DNA of 64,000 bases from a bacterium (lineage in GTDB: Bacteria > RBG-13-61-14 > DATKZS01): NCBI GenBank assembly GCA_963674965.2, contig CAXXFL010000005.1, positions 576,001 through 640,000 on the forward strand, in the 5' to 3' direction. Positions 1-9,708 of the stretch are shown here, one piece after another. Position 1 is the stretch's first letter, and each line of letters begins with the position of its first letter. A program made the translations under genes and the position numbers. The notes under the pieces were generated by a model. That model saw only the letters and a list, made by a program, of their open reading frames with translations. It was not told the DNA's origin and ran no database searches.

Positions 1-2052
1 GTCGAGGCCGCGGCCCTCGGCCGTCTCGACTGGCTGGAGAAGATGTTTGGAGAGAACCCTTTGTTGGCGTCGGTGGGCAACGACTTCGGCGAGACGCCCC
101 TCCACCACGCGGCCCTTCGCGGGCGCAAGGAGGCGGTGGACTTTCTTTTAAAGCAGGGCGCCGACGTGAACGCCTCGACCACCGGCGCTCCGGGTTACTC
201 GAGTCGCTCGGGCCGCGAGACGCCCCTCCACTGGGCGGCGAGGGGAGGAAGCGAGGAGGTGACGGTGGCCCTCATCGAGTGGGGGACCTCGATCGACAAG
301 TTAAACGACGCCGGCCGGACGCCTCTTTTCCTGGCGGCCGAGGGAGGCCACGCCAAAATAGTTTGGTATCTTATCGAGGCGGGGGCCGACCCCACGAGGG
401 TCGACTCGAGTGGCTCGACGCCCCTGCACCTGGCCTCGAACGCGGGAGTGGCCGAGATACTCCTGCGCCGTGAAATCGACGTTGACGCCAGGGACGGCGA
501 GGGCATGACCGCCCTGACCAGGGCCGTCGGCTCGGAGCGCTTTCGGCTTTCCACTCTCCTTAAGCATCACGGCGCCCGGACCAGCATATGGGACGAGGCC
601 GCCCTGGGCATGATCAACGAGATCGAAAAAAGGATTTCCCTCAACTCCGCCCTGGCCAACGCCCGCGACAAGTCGGGCTATACGCCTCTTCACTACGCGG
701 CCCGGGAAGGACGGGCCAAGCTGGCGGAATATCTTATCGGCGCGGGCGCGGACCCCAACGCCTCGACGAATAAGGACGGCTCTCGTCCGCTCCATCTCGC
801 GGTCCGCCGCGACCACGTGGCGGTGGTTCGGACGCTTCTCAACAAGGGCGCCGACGTTAACGCCAAGGACGGGGAAGGGTCCTCGGCGCTTCACTACGCG
901 GCCATGCTCGGGGACCCGGACGCGGTTTCCCTTCTCTTGAAAAGGGGCGCCGACCCTCAGGCCAAGGACGGCCAGGGCCGGACGGCCGCCCACTACGCCG
1001 CCGCTCGAGACAAGCTGATCCTGGCCGCGATCCTGGACAAGGGGGGCAAGCCCGGCGGCAAGGACCAAAGCGGGGCCGAGCCCATCCATTACGCCGCCGC
1101 CCGCGGAAACGCCGAGACCGTCAAGCTGCTCCTGGCCAGGGGGGCCGATATTAACGCTCGCGACGGGAACGGTCTCACCCCCTTCGCCGGGTACGTTGAC
1201 TACAATGGATGCCCGGACCTGGCCTTTTACCTCCTCGACTCCGGGGCGGACCTCGAGGCCAAGGACGGCGAGGGCCGGACCCCGCTCCATATCAAGGCCT
1301 TCAAGGGCGACGCGGCCTCGGTGAAGTTCCTTCTTAAAAGAGGGGCCCGGATCGACGCCAAGGATAAAAAGGGCTTCACGCCCCTTCACCACGCCTGCTT
1401 CCAGGGAAGATACGACTGTGCCCTTCTCCTCCTCAACGAGGGGGCCAGGATCGACGCCCGGAGCATCTCCGGCGCCACTCCCCTTTTCAGCGCCGCCTGG
1501 ACGGGAAAGCGGGGACTGGCCAGGCTGCTCATCAAAAGAGGGGCCGACCCCGACGCCAGGAACGAGGCCGGCGCGAGCGCCCTTTCCGCGGCCGCCTGGA
1601 CCGGCCAACTTCGGACCCTCCAGTTCCTGATCGAGGCTGGGGCCGACCTGTCCCGGCCCGATTATCGGGGCTCGACGCCGCTTCACGCCGTTGCCCTTCC
1701 CATCTCCAGGGAATGGGTGGGGCTTATTCGCTCGATGGGAGAATCGGCCTACCAGATGGAGGACCCCCAAGGAACGGACGAGGAAGTCACCTTTTCCGGC
1801 CAGGAAAGCGTGGCCCGGTTCCTTCTCGACTCCGGCTTCGAGGTGGACGTCAAGAACAAAAAAGGCATGACCCCGCTTCATCAGGCGGCTTATTTCGGCA
1901 ACAAGCGCATGGCCGAGTTTTTCATCGGGGAAGGGGCCAAGATAAACGAGAGAGACGATTATTACGTCACCCCTCTTGGCTACGCCACCTTGCACAAGCA
2001 CTCAGACGTCGCGTCCTTGCTCAAGGAAAACAAGGGAAAGTTACTGTGGTAA
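1..2052 (+). CDS. Ankyrin repeat protein (many repeats), probably 5'-truncated by the window edge
   Basis: Repeated G.TPLH.AA..G....V..LL..GADVNA.D motifs throughout. The frame is open from base 1, upstream of the ATG at 43. Confidence 0.92.
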   Translation, partial: VEAAALGRLDWLEKMFGENPLLASVGNDFGETPLHHAALRGRKEAVDFLLKQGADVNASTTGAPGYSSRSGRETPLHWAARGGSEEVTVALIEWGTSIDKLNDAGRTPLFLAAEGGHAKIVWYLIEAGADPTRVDSSGSTPLHLASNAGVAEILLRREIDVDARDGEGMTALTRAVGSERFRLSTLLKHHGARTSIWDEAALGMINEIEKRISLNSALANARDKSGYTPLHYAAREGRAKLAEYLIGAGADPNASTNKDGSRPLHLAVRRDHVAVVRTLLNKGADVNAKDGEGSSALHYAAMLGDPDAVSLLLKRGADPQAKDGQGRTAAHYAAARDKLILAAILDKGGKPGGKDQSGAEPIHYAAARGNAETVKLLLARGADINARDGNGLTPFAGYVDYNGCPDLAFYLLDSGADLEAKDGEGRTPLHIKAFKGDAASVKFLLKRGARIDAKDKKGFTPLHHACFQGRYDCALLLLNEGARIDARSISGATPLFSAAWTGKRGLARLLIKRGADPDARNEAGASALSAAAWTGQLRTLQFLIEAGADLSRPDYRGSTPLHAVALPISREWVGLIRSMGESAYQMEDPQGTDEEVTFSGQESVARFLLDSGFEVDVKNKKGMTPLHQAAYFGNKRMAEFFIGEGAKINERDDYYVTPLGYATLHKHSDVASLLKENKGKLLW

Positions 2053-2085
2053 AACGCGGGGGAATCCCGCCGTTATTCGATCGGC

Positions 2086-2919
2086 CTATTTCTCGCGTTC
2101 CTCCCAGAATGAAAGAAGCGCCCTTGCGAACTCGGCGGGCTTTTCCTCCTGGGGGCAGTGGCCGCAATCCTCGATGACCTCCCGGCGAGCGTCCGGCACG
2201 TCACGCAGGAAAACCTCGCTCATGCGAAAAGGCAGGAGAGGGTCTTTTCGTCCCCACACGATGAGCGTGGGCGCCTTGACGTCCGAGAGCTTGCCGTCCA
2301 GTTGGGCCCGTCCCGAGTAGATGATACGCCGAAGGCAGCTCGAGGCCGCCCAGGCCCCGGCCCGGTTGCCGAAGCTGTGATAGTGCTCGCGCACGTCCTT
2401 CCGGGTTAAAAAGGAAGAGTCGTAATAAGGGCCGTTTTTACGGTAATGGATATTATAGGCCCATAGGGGCAAGAGGCTGAAGATTCCGTAGGCGGCCCTT
2501 TGGTAGCGGCCGAGCTTGAATACCCTGGGCGCTCCCTCATGGACCCCGGCCGAGTCGACCAGGGTCAGCGTCTCGATCTTCTCCGGCTTTTCCAGGGCGT
2601 AGGCGGCGGATATCTGCCCGCCCATCGAGTTTCCCACCAGATGGAACCGATCCATCGCGAGGGCCTTGGCCAGGCCGTCCAGAATCCCCGTCATGGTCTG
2701 AATCTTATAGTCGATCCGCGGCTTGTCCGACCTGCCGTGTCCGAGCTGGTCCAGGGCGACTATCCGGCGTCCTTTGGCCAGGAGGGGCATGGCGCGTCTC
2801 CAGTCGTAGCCGCTCCCGGTCCAGCCGTGAACCAGAATTGACGGCCTTCCCTCCCCCATCTCCCGGTAAGCTATCCGGTGGCCGCCAATGAGGACGGTCT
2901 TCAGGTCGATCTCGTCCAA
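2086..2919 (-). CDS. Alpha/beta fold hydrolase
   Basis: HGW oxyanion motif, GNSMGG nucleophile elbow, WGRKD Asp and CGHCPQEE His. TTG start. Confidence 0.92.
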   Translation of the reverse strand: MDEIDLKTVLIGGHRIAYREMGEGRPSILVHGWTGSGYDWRRAMPLLAKGRRIVALDQLGHGRSDKPRIDYKIQTMTGILDGLAKALAMDRFHLVGNSMGGQISAAYALEKPEKIETLTLVDSAGVHEGAPRVFKLGRYQRAAYGIFSLLPLWAYNIHYRKNGPYYDSSFLTRKDVREHYHSFGNRAGAWAASSCLRRIIYSGRAQLDGKLSDVKAPTLIVWGRKDPLLPFRMSEVFLRDVPDARREVIEDCGHCPQEEKPAEFARALLSFWEEREK

Positions 2920-2920
2920 G

Positions 2921-4009
2921 TCACTTCTCCCGTTTTATCGGAACGGCCGTGACCGCGGAGCTTCTTCCCTCTCCTCCATCTTCCTGCGTTACCTCGGCGT
3001 AATATTCGATGCTCCCTTGAAGGGGGGACTCATCCTTCCATTCAAGGACGCCCGTGTCGAGGGCGGGCGGATTTATCTTCCATTCCTTAAGGACCAGTCC
3101 CGATATCCCGTCCTTGACGGAAACCCTCGAGACGGGCGCCTCGCCGCGGACCTCGACTTTTATCTCCCGCGCCGAGCCGGGGGCCGCGGCCAGTTCCTGG
3201 CCCATCCGCGCGCCGGAGACGGAAAAGCTCATAAGAAGCCGGGCGCCGTTGGTCGTATAGTAGTTCCCCCTCCCCATGGCCTCGATTAAGGCTTCCCTGG
3301 TTACCGAGTTGGTCCGGACGAAAATGAGCCGCCGGTCCGAGTAAAAGGGACTTCCATTCCCGGAGTCGGACGCGCTTTCTTTGCCGATGACGTCGGCGGC
3401 GGCCTTGGGGTCCAGCTTCGCCAGAGGTATCACGGGAAGTACCCCCGGCGGCCTCGAGCCGATCGCCTTTTCCGTCGCCCCGACCGAGTCCCCGGGAAGC
3501 AGGGCGAAGTCCATATCGAGGGCGGTCCATTTTGTCCCGCCGGCGTAAACGGCCCCCGCCGCGTATCTGGGCGCCGTCTCACCCGCGATGCATTCCACCG
3601 GGCGTGACAAAACGCTTTGCTCGCCGTCGTCCGGGGTCACGCGGAAGCGATAGATTTTTTCGTGCTCGCACGCGCCCGCCTGGGTTATGGCCATGCCGCC
3701 GTCGCCCGCGCCGATGAAGGCCTCGCCCACGCGCAGGCCCGTCTCGAAATGGTCGATCCAGAAATGGCCCACGTAGCCGGCGGCCGGGTCCCCCTTTTTG
3801 TCCACGGCCTGGACGGCCGTCTCGACGGGATAACCCTTTACCGTCCAGGGCCTTGTGGCCACGCGAAGGAAAGGGCCGTCGAAAGCGGCGGGACCCGCCT
3901 CCCCGGGCCCGCCTCCCGCGGGCGCCGGAGCCTGGCTCGAGGCGGCCAAGGCAAAGAGGACCACCAGGATGAAGAGAACGCCCGAGAAGGCCGCCGCGCG
4001 TTTCATCAT
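2921..4009 (-). CDS. Secreted hypothetical protein resembling a shortened DUF3604/PHP-like protein
   Basis: Start ATG overlaps the tmk stop (ATGA). Signal peptide MMKRAAAFSGVLFILVVLFALAA. C-terminal TREALIEAMGRGNYYTTNGARL..SFSVSGARMG and YYAEVTQEDG match the DUF3604 C-terminal pattern. Confidence 0.6.
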   Translation of the reverse strand: MMKRAAAFSGVLFILVVLFALAASSQAPAPAGGGPGEAGPAAFDGPFLRVATRPWTVKGYPVETAVQAVDKKGDPAAGYVGHFWIDHFETGLRVGEAFIGAGDGGMAITQAGACEHEKIYRFRVTPDDGEQSVLSRPVECIAGETAPRYAAGAVYAGGTKWTALDMDFALLPGDSVGATEKAIGSRPPGVLPVIPLAKLDPKAAADVIGKESASDSGNGSPFYSDRRLIFVRTNSVTREALIEAMGRGNYYTTNGARLLMSFSVSGARMGQELAAAPGSAREIKVEVRGEAPVSRVSVKDGISGLVLKEWKINPPALDTGVLEWKDESPLQGSIEYYAEVTQEDGGEGRSSAVTAVPIKREK

Positions 4010-4665
4010 GGCTCGTCCGGCCATGGTTTTTCGATAAACTCGCCCAGCCTGGGCGCGACCCGTCTTACTATCATGTCGTGGACCTTTCGAGCGGACCCGG
4101 TCCCGTCGATGAGGGCGATTTCCCCGTCCGAGAAACGCTCGCCGGCCATCTTGAGGTATCCGCGTCTGATTTTTTCCTGGAGGCTTTTCACCTCGTAAAT
4201 CTCCGGCCCCTTGGCCTGGTCCCTTTTTGCCAGCCTTTGCATGGCCTCCTCCACCGGAAGGTCGATGAGTATGGTAAGGTCCGCCGGACGGGCCTCGGAG
4301 TTGATGGCCCCCACCCAATCGAGGTCGCAATGAAGAGATTGATAGACCAGGCTGGAAAGAAGATACCGGTCCGAAATGACGCACTCGCCCGCCGAAAGAC
4401 CCGGCTCCACCACGCGGGCAAGGTGGTCAAGACGATCGGCCGCGAACAAAAGGGCCAGGGAATGATAATGAAGTCCCTCGTCCGGCGCCTCGGCCCGGCC
4501 CGCCAGGTACTCGCGGATCAGCTTGCCTATCCCGCCCTCCGAGGGCTCGAAGGTCAGCCTCGAGGGTATGGACTTGTCTTGAAACCAGTCCGAGAGCATG
4601 GCCGCCTGCGTGGTGGTGCCGGCCCCGTCGATGCCCTCCAATACTATGAACATTCCCCGTTCCAT
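4006..4665 (-). CDS. tmk: Thymidylate kinase
   Basis: FIVLEGIDGAGTTTQ P-loop, LLFAADR and ISDRYLLSSLVYQ motifs. Confidence 0.95.
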   Translation of the reverse strand: MERGMFIVLEGIDGAGTTTQAAMLSDWFQDKSIPSRLTFEPSEGGIGKLIREYLAGRAEAPDEGLHYHSLALLFAADRLDHLARVVEPGLSAGECVISDRYLLSSLVYQSLHCDLDWVGAINSEARPADLTILIDLPVEEAMQRLAKRDQAKGPEIYEVKSLQEKIRRGYLKMAGERFSDGEIALIDGTGSARKVHDMIVRRVAPRLGEFIEKPWPDEP

Positions 4666-4709
4666 GTGGTGAATTATATAAGAACAAGGCCCCCGGCCAA
4701 AGCCCCGCG

Positions 4710-5309
4710 TCAGCCTTGTCCCACGATCTCTTCCCAGACCTCTTTCACGCGGGCCTCGAGCGAGGCCAGGTCCCCCGAGTTGTCGACGATGAAATCGGCC
4801 AGTTTTTTCTTTTCCTCGTCCGGCATCTGACTCCTCATGCGCTGGATGACCTCGTCGCGGCCGGCGCCGTCCCTACCGATTACCCGATCGATCCTTATTT
4901 CCTCGTCGGCCACGACCAGTATGACGGGCTTGATCCAGTTGGTGGCCGCGCTCTCGAAGAGGAGCGCCGCGTCGATGAGGACCACCTGGACGCCTTCCCC
5001 TCGGTATTTGGCGATACGCTCGACCATCTCCTGTCCGATGCGCGGGTGGGTCATGGCCACGAGTTTTTTCCTCTTGGCCTCGTCATTGAAGACGGCGGCG
5101 GCGAGGGCCTTGCGGTCGATGCTCCCGTCGCCCGTCAGTATCCCCTCTCCGAACTCCCCGACTATGTCGGCGTGGGCGGGCTTACCCGGCTCGACCACCT
5201 CCCTGGCCAGGAGGTCCGCGTCGATGAGCCGGGCCCCGAGGTTGACCAGGAAATTGGCCGCCGTGCTTTTTCCGCTTCCTATTCCGCCCGTGAGTCCCAC
5301 TATCTTCAA
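4710..5309 (-). CDS. coaE: Dephospho-CoA kinase
   Basis: VGLTGGIGSGKST, IDAD, IDRKALA, THPRI and ADFIVDNSG motifs. Confidence 0.95.
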   Translation of the reverse strand: MKIVGLTGGIGSGKSTAANFLVNLGARLIDADLLAREVVEPGKPAHADIVGEFGEGILTGDGSIDRKALAAAVFNDEAKRKKLVAMTHPRIGQEMVERIAKYRGEGVQVVLIDAALLFESAATNWIKPVILVVADEEIRIDRVIGRDGAGRDEVIQRMRSQMPDEEKKKLADFIVDNSGDLASLEARVKEVWEEIVGQG

Positions 5310-5344
5310 TGTACGAGTCCTTTATTTTTGACGCCGAGAGGCGG

Positions 5345-6733
5345 TCACTGGTTCACGGAGTCCTGGAACAAAAGCCTGAGCACGAGCCACGAGTTGATAA
5401 GGGTGCGAAGGTTTTTCGGGACCACCCTGGCGATCCTGGCGAAGCGCGTGGGCGAGAGATAAAAGCGCCGATAGGCGTACTTGTTGGCCTTGTGCAGCTC
5501 CTCGTCCGTGGCGGCGGAGATGTTCGCCGAGATGGTGGAATAGTCGCGGAAGGCCAGGTCGGTGAACTTCTCCTTGGCCATCTCGGCCACCTTGGTCCCG
5601 GGGAAAGGGTTGAGGTAGAAAAAGCTGGCCACGTGCAGGTCCGAGTCCGCGGCCCAGTCGCCGGTCATGAGCATTTCCTCGTAGGTCTCGGTGGGAAATC
5701 CCTGGATGAAGTATCCCGTGGCCACCATTTTCCGCCTGGCCACCTCGGCGATGGACCATTTGACCCGGTCCAGGTCGATCTTCTTGTTGATGATCTTCTG
5801 CAGGCGGGGGCTGGCCGACTCGACGGCGAAGGCCACCCGGTAGAAGCCCGCCTCCTGGAGCAGGTCCAGGAAGTCGGGGTCGGTCCTGTCCCCCCTGATG
5901 CCGTTGGGGAGGGAGACGTGGAGCCCCAGCCTCCGGTCGATCATGCCCTGGCAGATTTCCTTGGCCCTGTTTAAAGACTGGGTGAAAGTGTCGTCAACTA
6001 TCTCGAGCTCGCGCACGTCGTAGCGCTCCCTCAACATGGCGATCATGTCGATGGCCGCCCGGGCGGACATGGGCCTGAACTTCTTGCCGAACACGTTATG
6101 GCAGAAGATGCACCCGTAGGGGCAGCCCCGCGAGGTGAAGACGGTCAGGGTCCGGTGGTCGTACTTGACCACGTTCTCGGAGTTCCTTCCAAAGCGCTTG
6201 AAATAGGTCTGGGGCTGGATGAGGTCCCAGGCCGGGTCCAGAGTATCCAGGTCCTCGATGAGGGGACGCTCGCCCGTGTAGACCTTGTCGTCCCCGTCCC
6301 GGTAGATGATGCCCCTCACCCCGGCCAGGTCCGCGCCAGACTCGAGGGCGTCGAAAAGCTCGACGGCCGTGTCCTCCCCTTCCCCGACCACCACCACGTC
6401 GAAGTTGGCGTCGGTCAGGATGGACTCCCGGTTGGCCGAGGCGTAAGGGCCGCCGATCACGACGGGGACCTCGGGAAACTCGGACTTGGCCGCCGCCGCC
6501 AGCTCGTGGGCCTCCCTCATCTCGAAGTTGATGGCCGAGACGCCCACCACGTCGGGCTTGAAGTCCCTGATCTTCTCCTTCACGCGGGCCGCGGGCCACC
6601 GGAGGTTGCGGCCGTCAACTATCTCGACCAGGTCTCCCCGCCGCTTGCGCAAACTTCCCGCGATGTAGCCCAGGCCCAAGGGCACGGGGGTCGCGATGAT
6701 GATCGAGTTGGGTCTTAAAAGCAATACTCGCAT
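5345..6733 (-). CDS. B12-binding domain radical SAM protein
   Basis: N-terminal PLGLGYIA and GGPYAS..VVVGEGE cobalamin-binding domain. TSRGCPYGCIFC CxxxCxxC motif. Likely start MRVLLLRP. Confidence 0.92.
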   Translation of the reverse strand: MRVLLLRPNSIIIATPVPLGLGYIAGSLRKRRGDLVEIVDGRNLRWPAARVKEKIRDFKPDVVGVSAINFEMREAHELAAAAKSEFPEVPVVIGGPYASANRESILTDANFDVVVVGEGEDTAVELFDALESGADLAGVRGIIYRDGDDKVYTGERPLIEDLDTLDPAWDLIQPQTYFKRFGRNSENVVKYDHRTLTVFTSRGCPYGCIFCHNVFGKKFRPMSARAAIDMIAMLRERYDVRELEIVDDTFTQSLNRAKEICQGMIDRRLGLHVSLPNGIRGDRTDPDFLDLLQEAGFYRVAFAVESASPRLQKIINKKIDLDRVKWSIAEVARRKMVATGYFIQGFPTETYEEMLMTGDWAADSDLHVASFFYLNPFPGTKVAEMAKEKFTDLAFRDYSTISANISAATDEELHKANKYAYRRFYLSPTRFARIARVVPKNLRTLINSWLVLRLLFQDSVNQ

Positions 6734-6969
6734 GGCGTGAATGTCCTCCGACGACCGACTCGCAAATAATAGCACAACATGGGGCGAACCACGAAAAGAC
6801 GCGAGGGTTGGAAGCCCGCGGGTTCGGCGAGGCTTGATTCTCGATATCCGGCGGGGTAGTAATAGTATTGCCCGAGTGAATAGAGCGTTCAGGGGTAATT
6901 TGCAAGGTCGAGACGTCCGCGTTTTCAGAAGGGCCGGCGCCCATCAATCGCGCCGCAAGGAGACCGTAA

Positions 6970-8061
6970 TTGACGCTGAAACTGAAACGGCAATACTCCG
7001 ACAAGCCCGCGGAGCAAGTTATCACGTGGAAGCTGCAAAGGCTTTTCGCGGCCTCCGCTTTTTCCGGCGTCCAGATAATGGTCATGGCCCCTTTTTTTTG
7101 CTGGCTGCTTTGCTGGGATGACGGCGAGCCCACGCCCGGCTGGTTCTGGTATTTCATGGCCTGCGGCCTGATGGGCCTGGTGACGAGCGCATTATTCAGG
7201 GTATCCGTTCTTGGATTTAAAGCGAAAACAGAATGGTTCAAGTTCCTCCTTTTAGCCGGCATGGTTTTCTTGCATATCTCGGGATTAGCGACGGCCGCCG
7301 GGCTTGTTTATTTCGTGGCTATCCCCTTATCTCGGGATATGGAAATCATGGCTTTCGTATTCTCGGTCATTGTTTTATGCTTCATCGTTTACGGCTTATT
7401 TATTAGCCTAATCAAATCATCCTGCTTCCTTCTATTGATCGAGAGGCACGGAAAAGATCAAGACAATAAAACCGATCCAGTGCCTTCCGCGAAAGAGTCC
7501 CCGCCTGAGCGCGAACCCATCGACGCGTCTACCCTGATCTACAACCCGTTAAAGATTGGCGATACTGGACTTATATTGATATCCAAACTTATCGGCTTTG
7601 CTCTTATTTTCAGCGTCATATTGAAGGAGAATTTTCCTCTGATATTGCTGATTCTCCCATGCATGATAATTGTCGAAGACATTTTTCCTATAATATATTA
7701 TCAAATTACCACGCCCTTCCAACGGGGAAGGGAAATATGCAAGGAATACAGCGGAAGAAAAGGTTCAAGGCTTTTAATCTATAATGATGGGATTGAGGTT
7801 CGCCAGGACCTGCGGAGTTTTTTTATTCCCTATGAATGGCTGGATGAGCCTCAAGTAGTACGGAGCTTCTTCTTTCCGGGAGTCCCGCTTAAATCTGAAC
7901 TGCCCCACTTTCCTTCAGGGCTTCTATTTAGATGTGACAGTTATGTCGAGGTAACCGAATCGATCAGGCAAAAAAGGACGGAGTATCTTGAGTCGAAAAG
8001 AGAAGAGGCTGGATTGGAAGCCGTCTCGGCCGAGGAAACCTCTCCATCGGGCCCGACCTGA
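6970..8061 (+). CDS. Hypothetical multi-pass membrane protein
   Basis: AAGGAG RBS before TTG, several hydrophobic segments, AT-richer than the flanks. Confidence 0.65.
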   Translation: MTLKLKRQYSDKPAEQVITWKLQRLFAASAFSGVQIMVMAPFFCWLLCWDDGEPTPGWFWYFMACGLMGLVTSALFRVSVLGFKAKTEWFKFLLLAGMVFLHISGLATAAGLVYFVAIPLSRDMEIMAFVFSVIVLCFIVYGLFISLIKSSCFLLLIERHGKDQDNKTDPVPSAKESPPEREPIDASTLIYNPLKIGDTGLILISKLIGFALIFSVILKENFPLILLILPCMIIVEDIFPIIYYQITTPFQRGREICKEYSGRKGSRLLIYNDGIEVRQDLRSFFIPYEWLDEPQVVRSFFFPGVPLKSELPHFPSGLLFRCDSYVEVTESIRQKRTEYLESKREEAGLEAVSAEETSPSGPT

Positions 8062-8352
8062 ATTGTAGATATCGTAGGTTCCAGGTTTATTCTTCACGGG
8101 AGACGGTTATCGCCCTCATTTCAATTCAATTTTGAATAGTCAGTTGTAATGGATCGATTCCAGAGCGCTTTTCAGGTTTTCCACAGCTTGTGGAAAAAGG
8201 GGGCGGGACTTGGTCGCGGGAGCGTAAATCCATTAAAACCGGCGTAAAAATAATCGGTTAAATCACTTTATTTGACTTTTGACCGGAAACTGTTCTATAA
8301 ATCATGCCAAGAAGGCAATTGGCAAGGCCTTGAAAAATACGGGGGTGGAAAA

Positions 8353-8931
8353 ATGAAAAAGACGCTCTTTGTGTGCGTGATGGGTGCTTTGCTGTTCTCG
8401 ATCTCGGGCAAGGCATACGGCCAGTACAACTACACCAACTATTACGTCATCCAGTACGACTACACGCTGCCGGGCGACGACACTACGGACCTTTTCTTTA
8501 AGGCCGCTTCCGTCGAGGACCTGGTCACGCTGAAGAACATGTTGGACCAGTACCCGACCCTGGTCCACGCCATGAGCAAGAAGGACTATAAGACGGCGCT
8601 GCATATCGCCTGCATGACGGGCAAGTACGACTCGGTCAAGCTCCTTCTCGACCGGGGCGCCAACCCGAACGCCCTGGACATTTTCTGCAAGTCTCCTTAT
8701 TACTACGCCCGGGTAAGCTACCGTCACAACATCTGCCGCCTGCTCCGGCAAAGGGGAGCTTACGCCGAGTACGTCCGGTTCTTCCCCCACTGCTGCACCC
8801 AGGACCATCCTTATCCTCACCTGCAGAGCGAGGACCCGGTTTGCATCCCGGACCAGACCCAGGACGACTCGACCTTCCGGGGCGAGAAAATCTATCGCAA
8901 GAAACAAAAAAGGGTCAGGATCAAAAAGTAA
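8353..8931 (+). CDS. Secreted ankyrin repeat protein
   Basis: Signal peptide MKKTLFVCVMGALLFSISGKAYG. KTALHIACMTGKYDSVKLLLDRGANPNALD ankyrin repeat. Confidence 0.8.
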   Translation: MKKTLFVCVMGALLFSISGKAYGQYNYTNYYVIQYDYTLPGDDTTDLFFKAASVEDLVTLKNMLDQYPTLVHAMSKKDYKTALHIACMTGKYDSVKLLLDRGANPNALDIFCKSPYYYARVSYRHNICRLLRQRGAYAEYVRFFPHCCTQDHPYPHLQSEDPVCIPDQTQDDSTFRGEKIYRKKQKRVRIKK

Positions 8932-9008
8932 ACAACCTTTGGCTCGTTCCCGCTCGAGCGCGCCCGCCGCGCGCTCGCGGGGATGGAGCGCCTCGAGCTT
9001 CCCTTTTC

Positions 9009-9698
9009 CTACCGGGAGTATTTCCTTTTAAAGAGGGTATCGTCGTAAGGGGCCCGCCTTCCGGGGCAATCCTCCATGGGGCAGAGCATGCACGACTCGA
9101 AGCTCTCGTCGGTGGGAAACCACAATCCGGAGACCGACATTACGGGCGTCATGAACAGGTCGTCCTTCAGGGTGACTCCCGCGGCCTCGGCGCTTTGCCC
9201 CAGCAGCCGAAACAGGGGTACCTGCTCGGCCAGGGGCCAGTCGGAAAGGGAACCGGGGGTCATCCTCGATACTTCCCCCTCGTGATGGCCGTTCCTTATT
9301 GCCTCGACGACGGCGTCCATGGCGCCCTTGAGGGCCGCGCCCATTACCGCCCGGGCGATCATCCCCTCGACCCGGCCTTTCAACTCCCCGGCCCATTTCT
9401 CCAACTCGATCCCGCAAGTGGCCAGGAAGGGAAAGGCCTTGTGGGCCGACTCGAGGTTTTTGGCCAACACCCGGCTCGTGAACTTCTCGCCGCCTATCAC
9501 TACCCAGTCTTCGCCCCGGTCCTCGATCCGCGCGGGCAGGAAGGCGGCCTTGGGAGCGGCCAAGTCCAGTCCTTTCCCGATCATCCGCTCGAGGCCCGCG
9601 TGCTCGGCCGATCCGGGATCGATCTTGAAAAGCTCGAGCGCTCCTATTGCCTCGAAGGGGAAGGGGGCCTTTTCGATTAGAACGCCTGGCATGAGCAT
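9009..9698 (-). CDS. Stand-alone methionine synthase activation-domain-like protein
   Basis: FLATCG, PGSLSDWPLAEQ..LFRLL, GVTL....MTPVMSVSG and C-terminal CxxCxxxxCPGRRAPY pattern. Confidence 0.8.
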   Translation of the reverse strand: MLMPGVLIEKAPFPFEAIGALELFKIDPGSAEHAGLERMIGKGLDLAAPKAAFLPARIEDRGEDWVVIGGEKFTSRVLAKNLESAHKAFPFLATCGIELEKWAGELKGRVEGMIARAVMGAALKGAMDAVVEAIRNGHHEGEVSRMTPGSLSDWPLAEQVPLFRLLGQSAEAAGVTLKDDLFMTPVMSVSGLWFPTDESFESCMLCPMEDCPGRRAPYDDTLFKRKYSR

Positions 9699-9708
9699 CC
9701 GTCCGGTT

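Noticed and set aside
301-2001. Long antisense ORFs (also 10974-12836, 15790-17853, 23722-25452, 29881-32244, 44245-46206, 57065-58648)
   Set aside because: Shadow frames opposite well-supported genes, expected in high-GC3 DNA. No motifs.
4010-4384. N-terminal extension of ORF 2921-4384
   Set aside because: It overlaps tmk. The ATGA-coupled start at 4009 with a signal peptide is more credible.
8100-8340. Possible replication origin
   Set aside because: Only two DnaA-box-like sites, and no dnaA/dnaN/gidA context.
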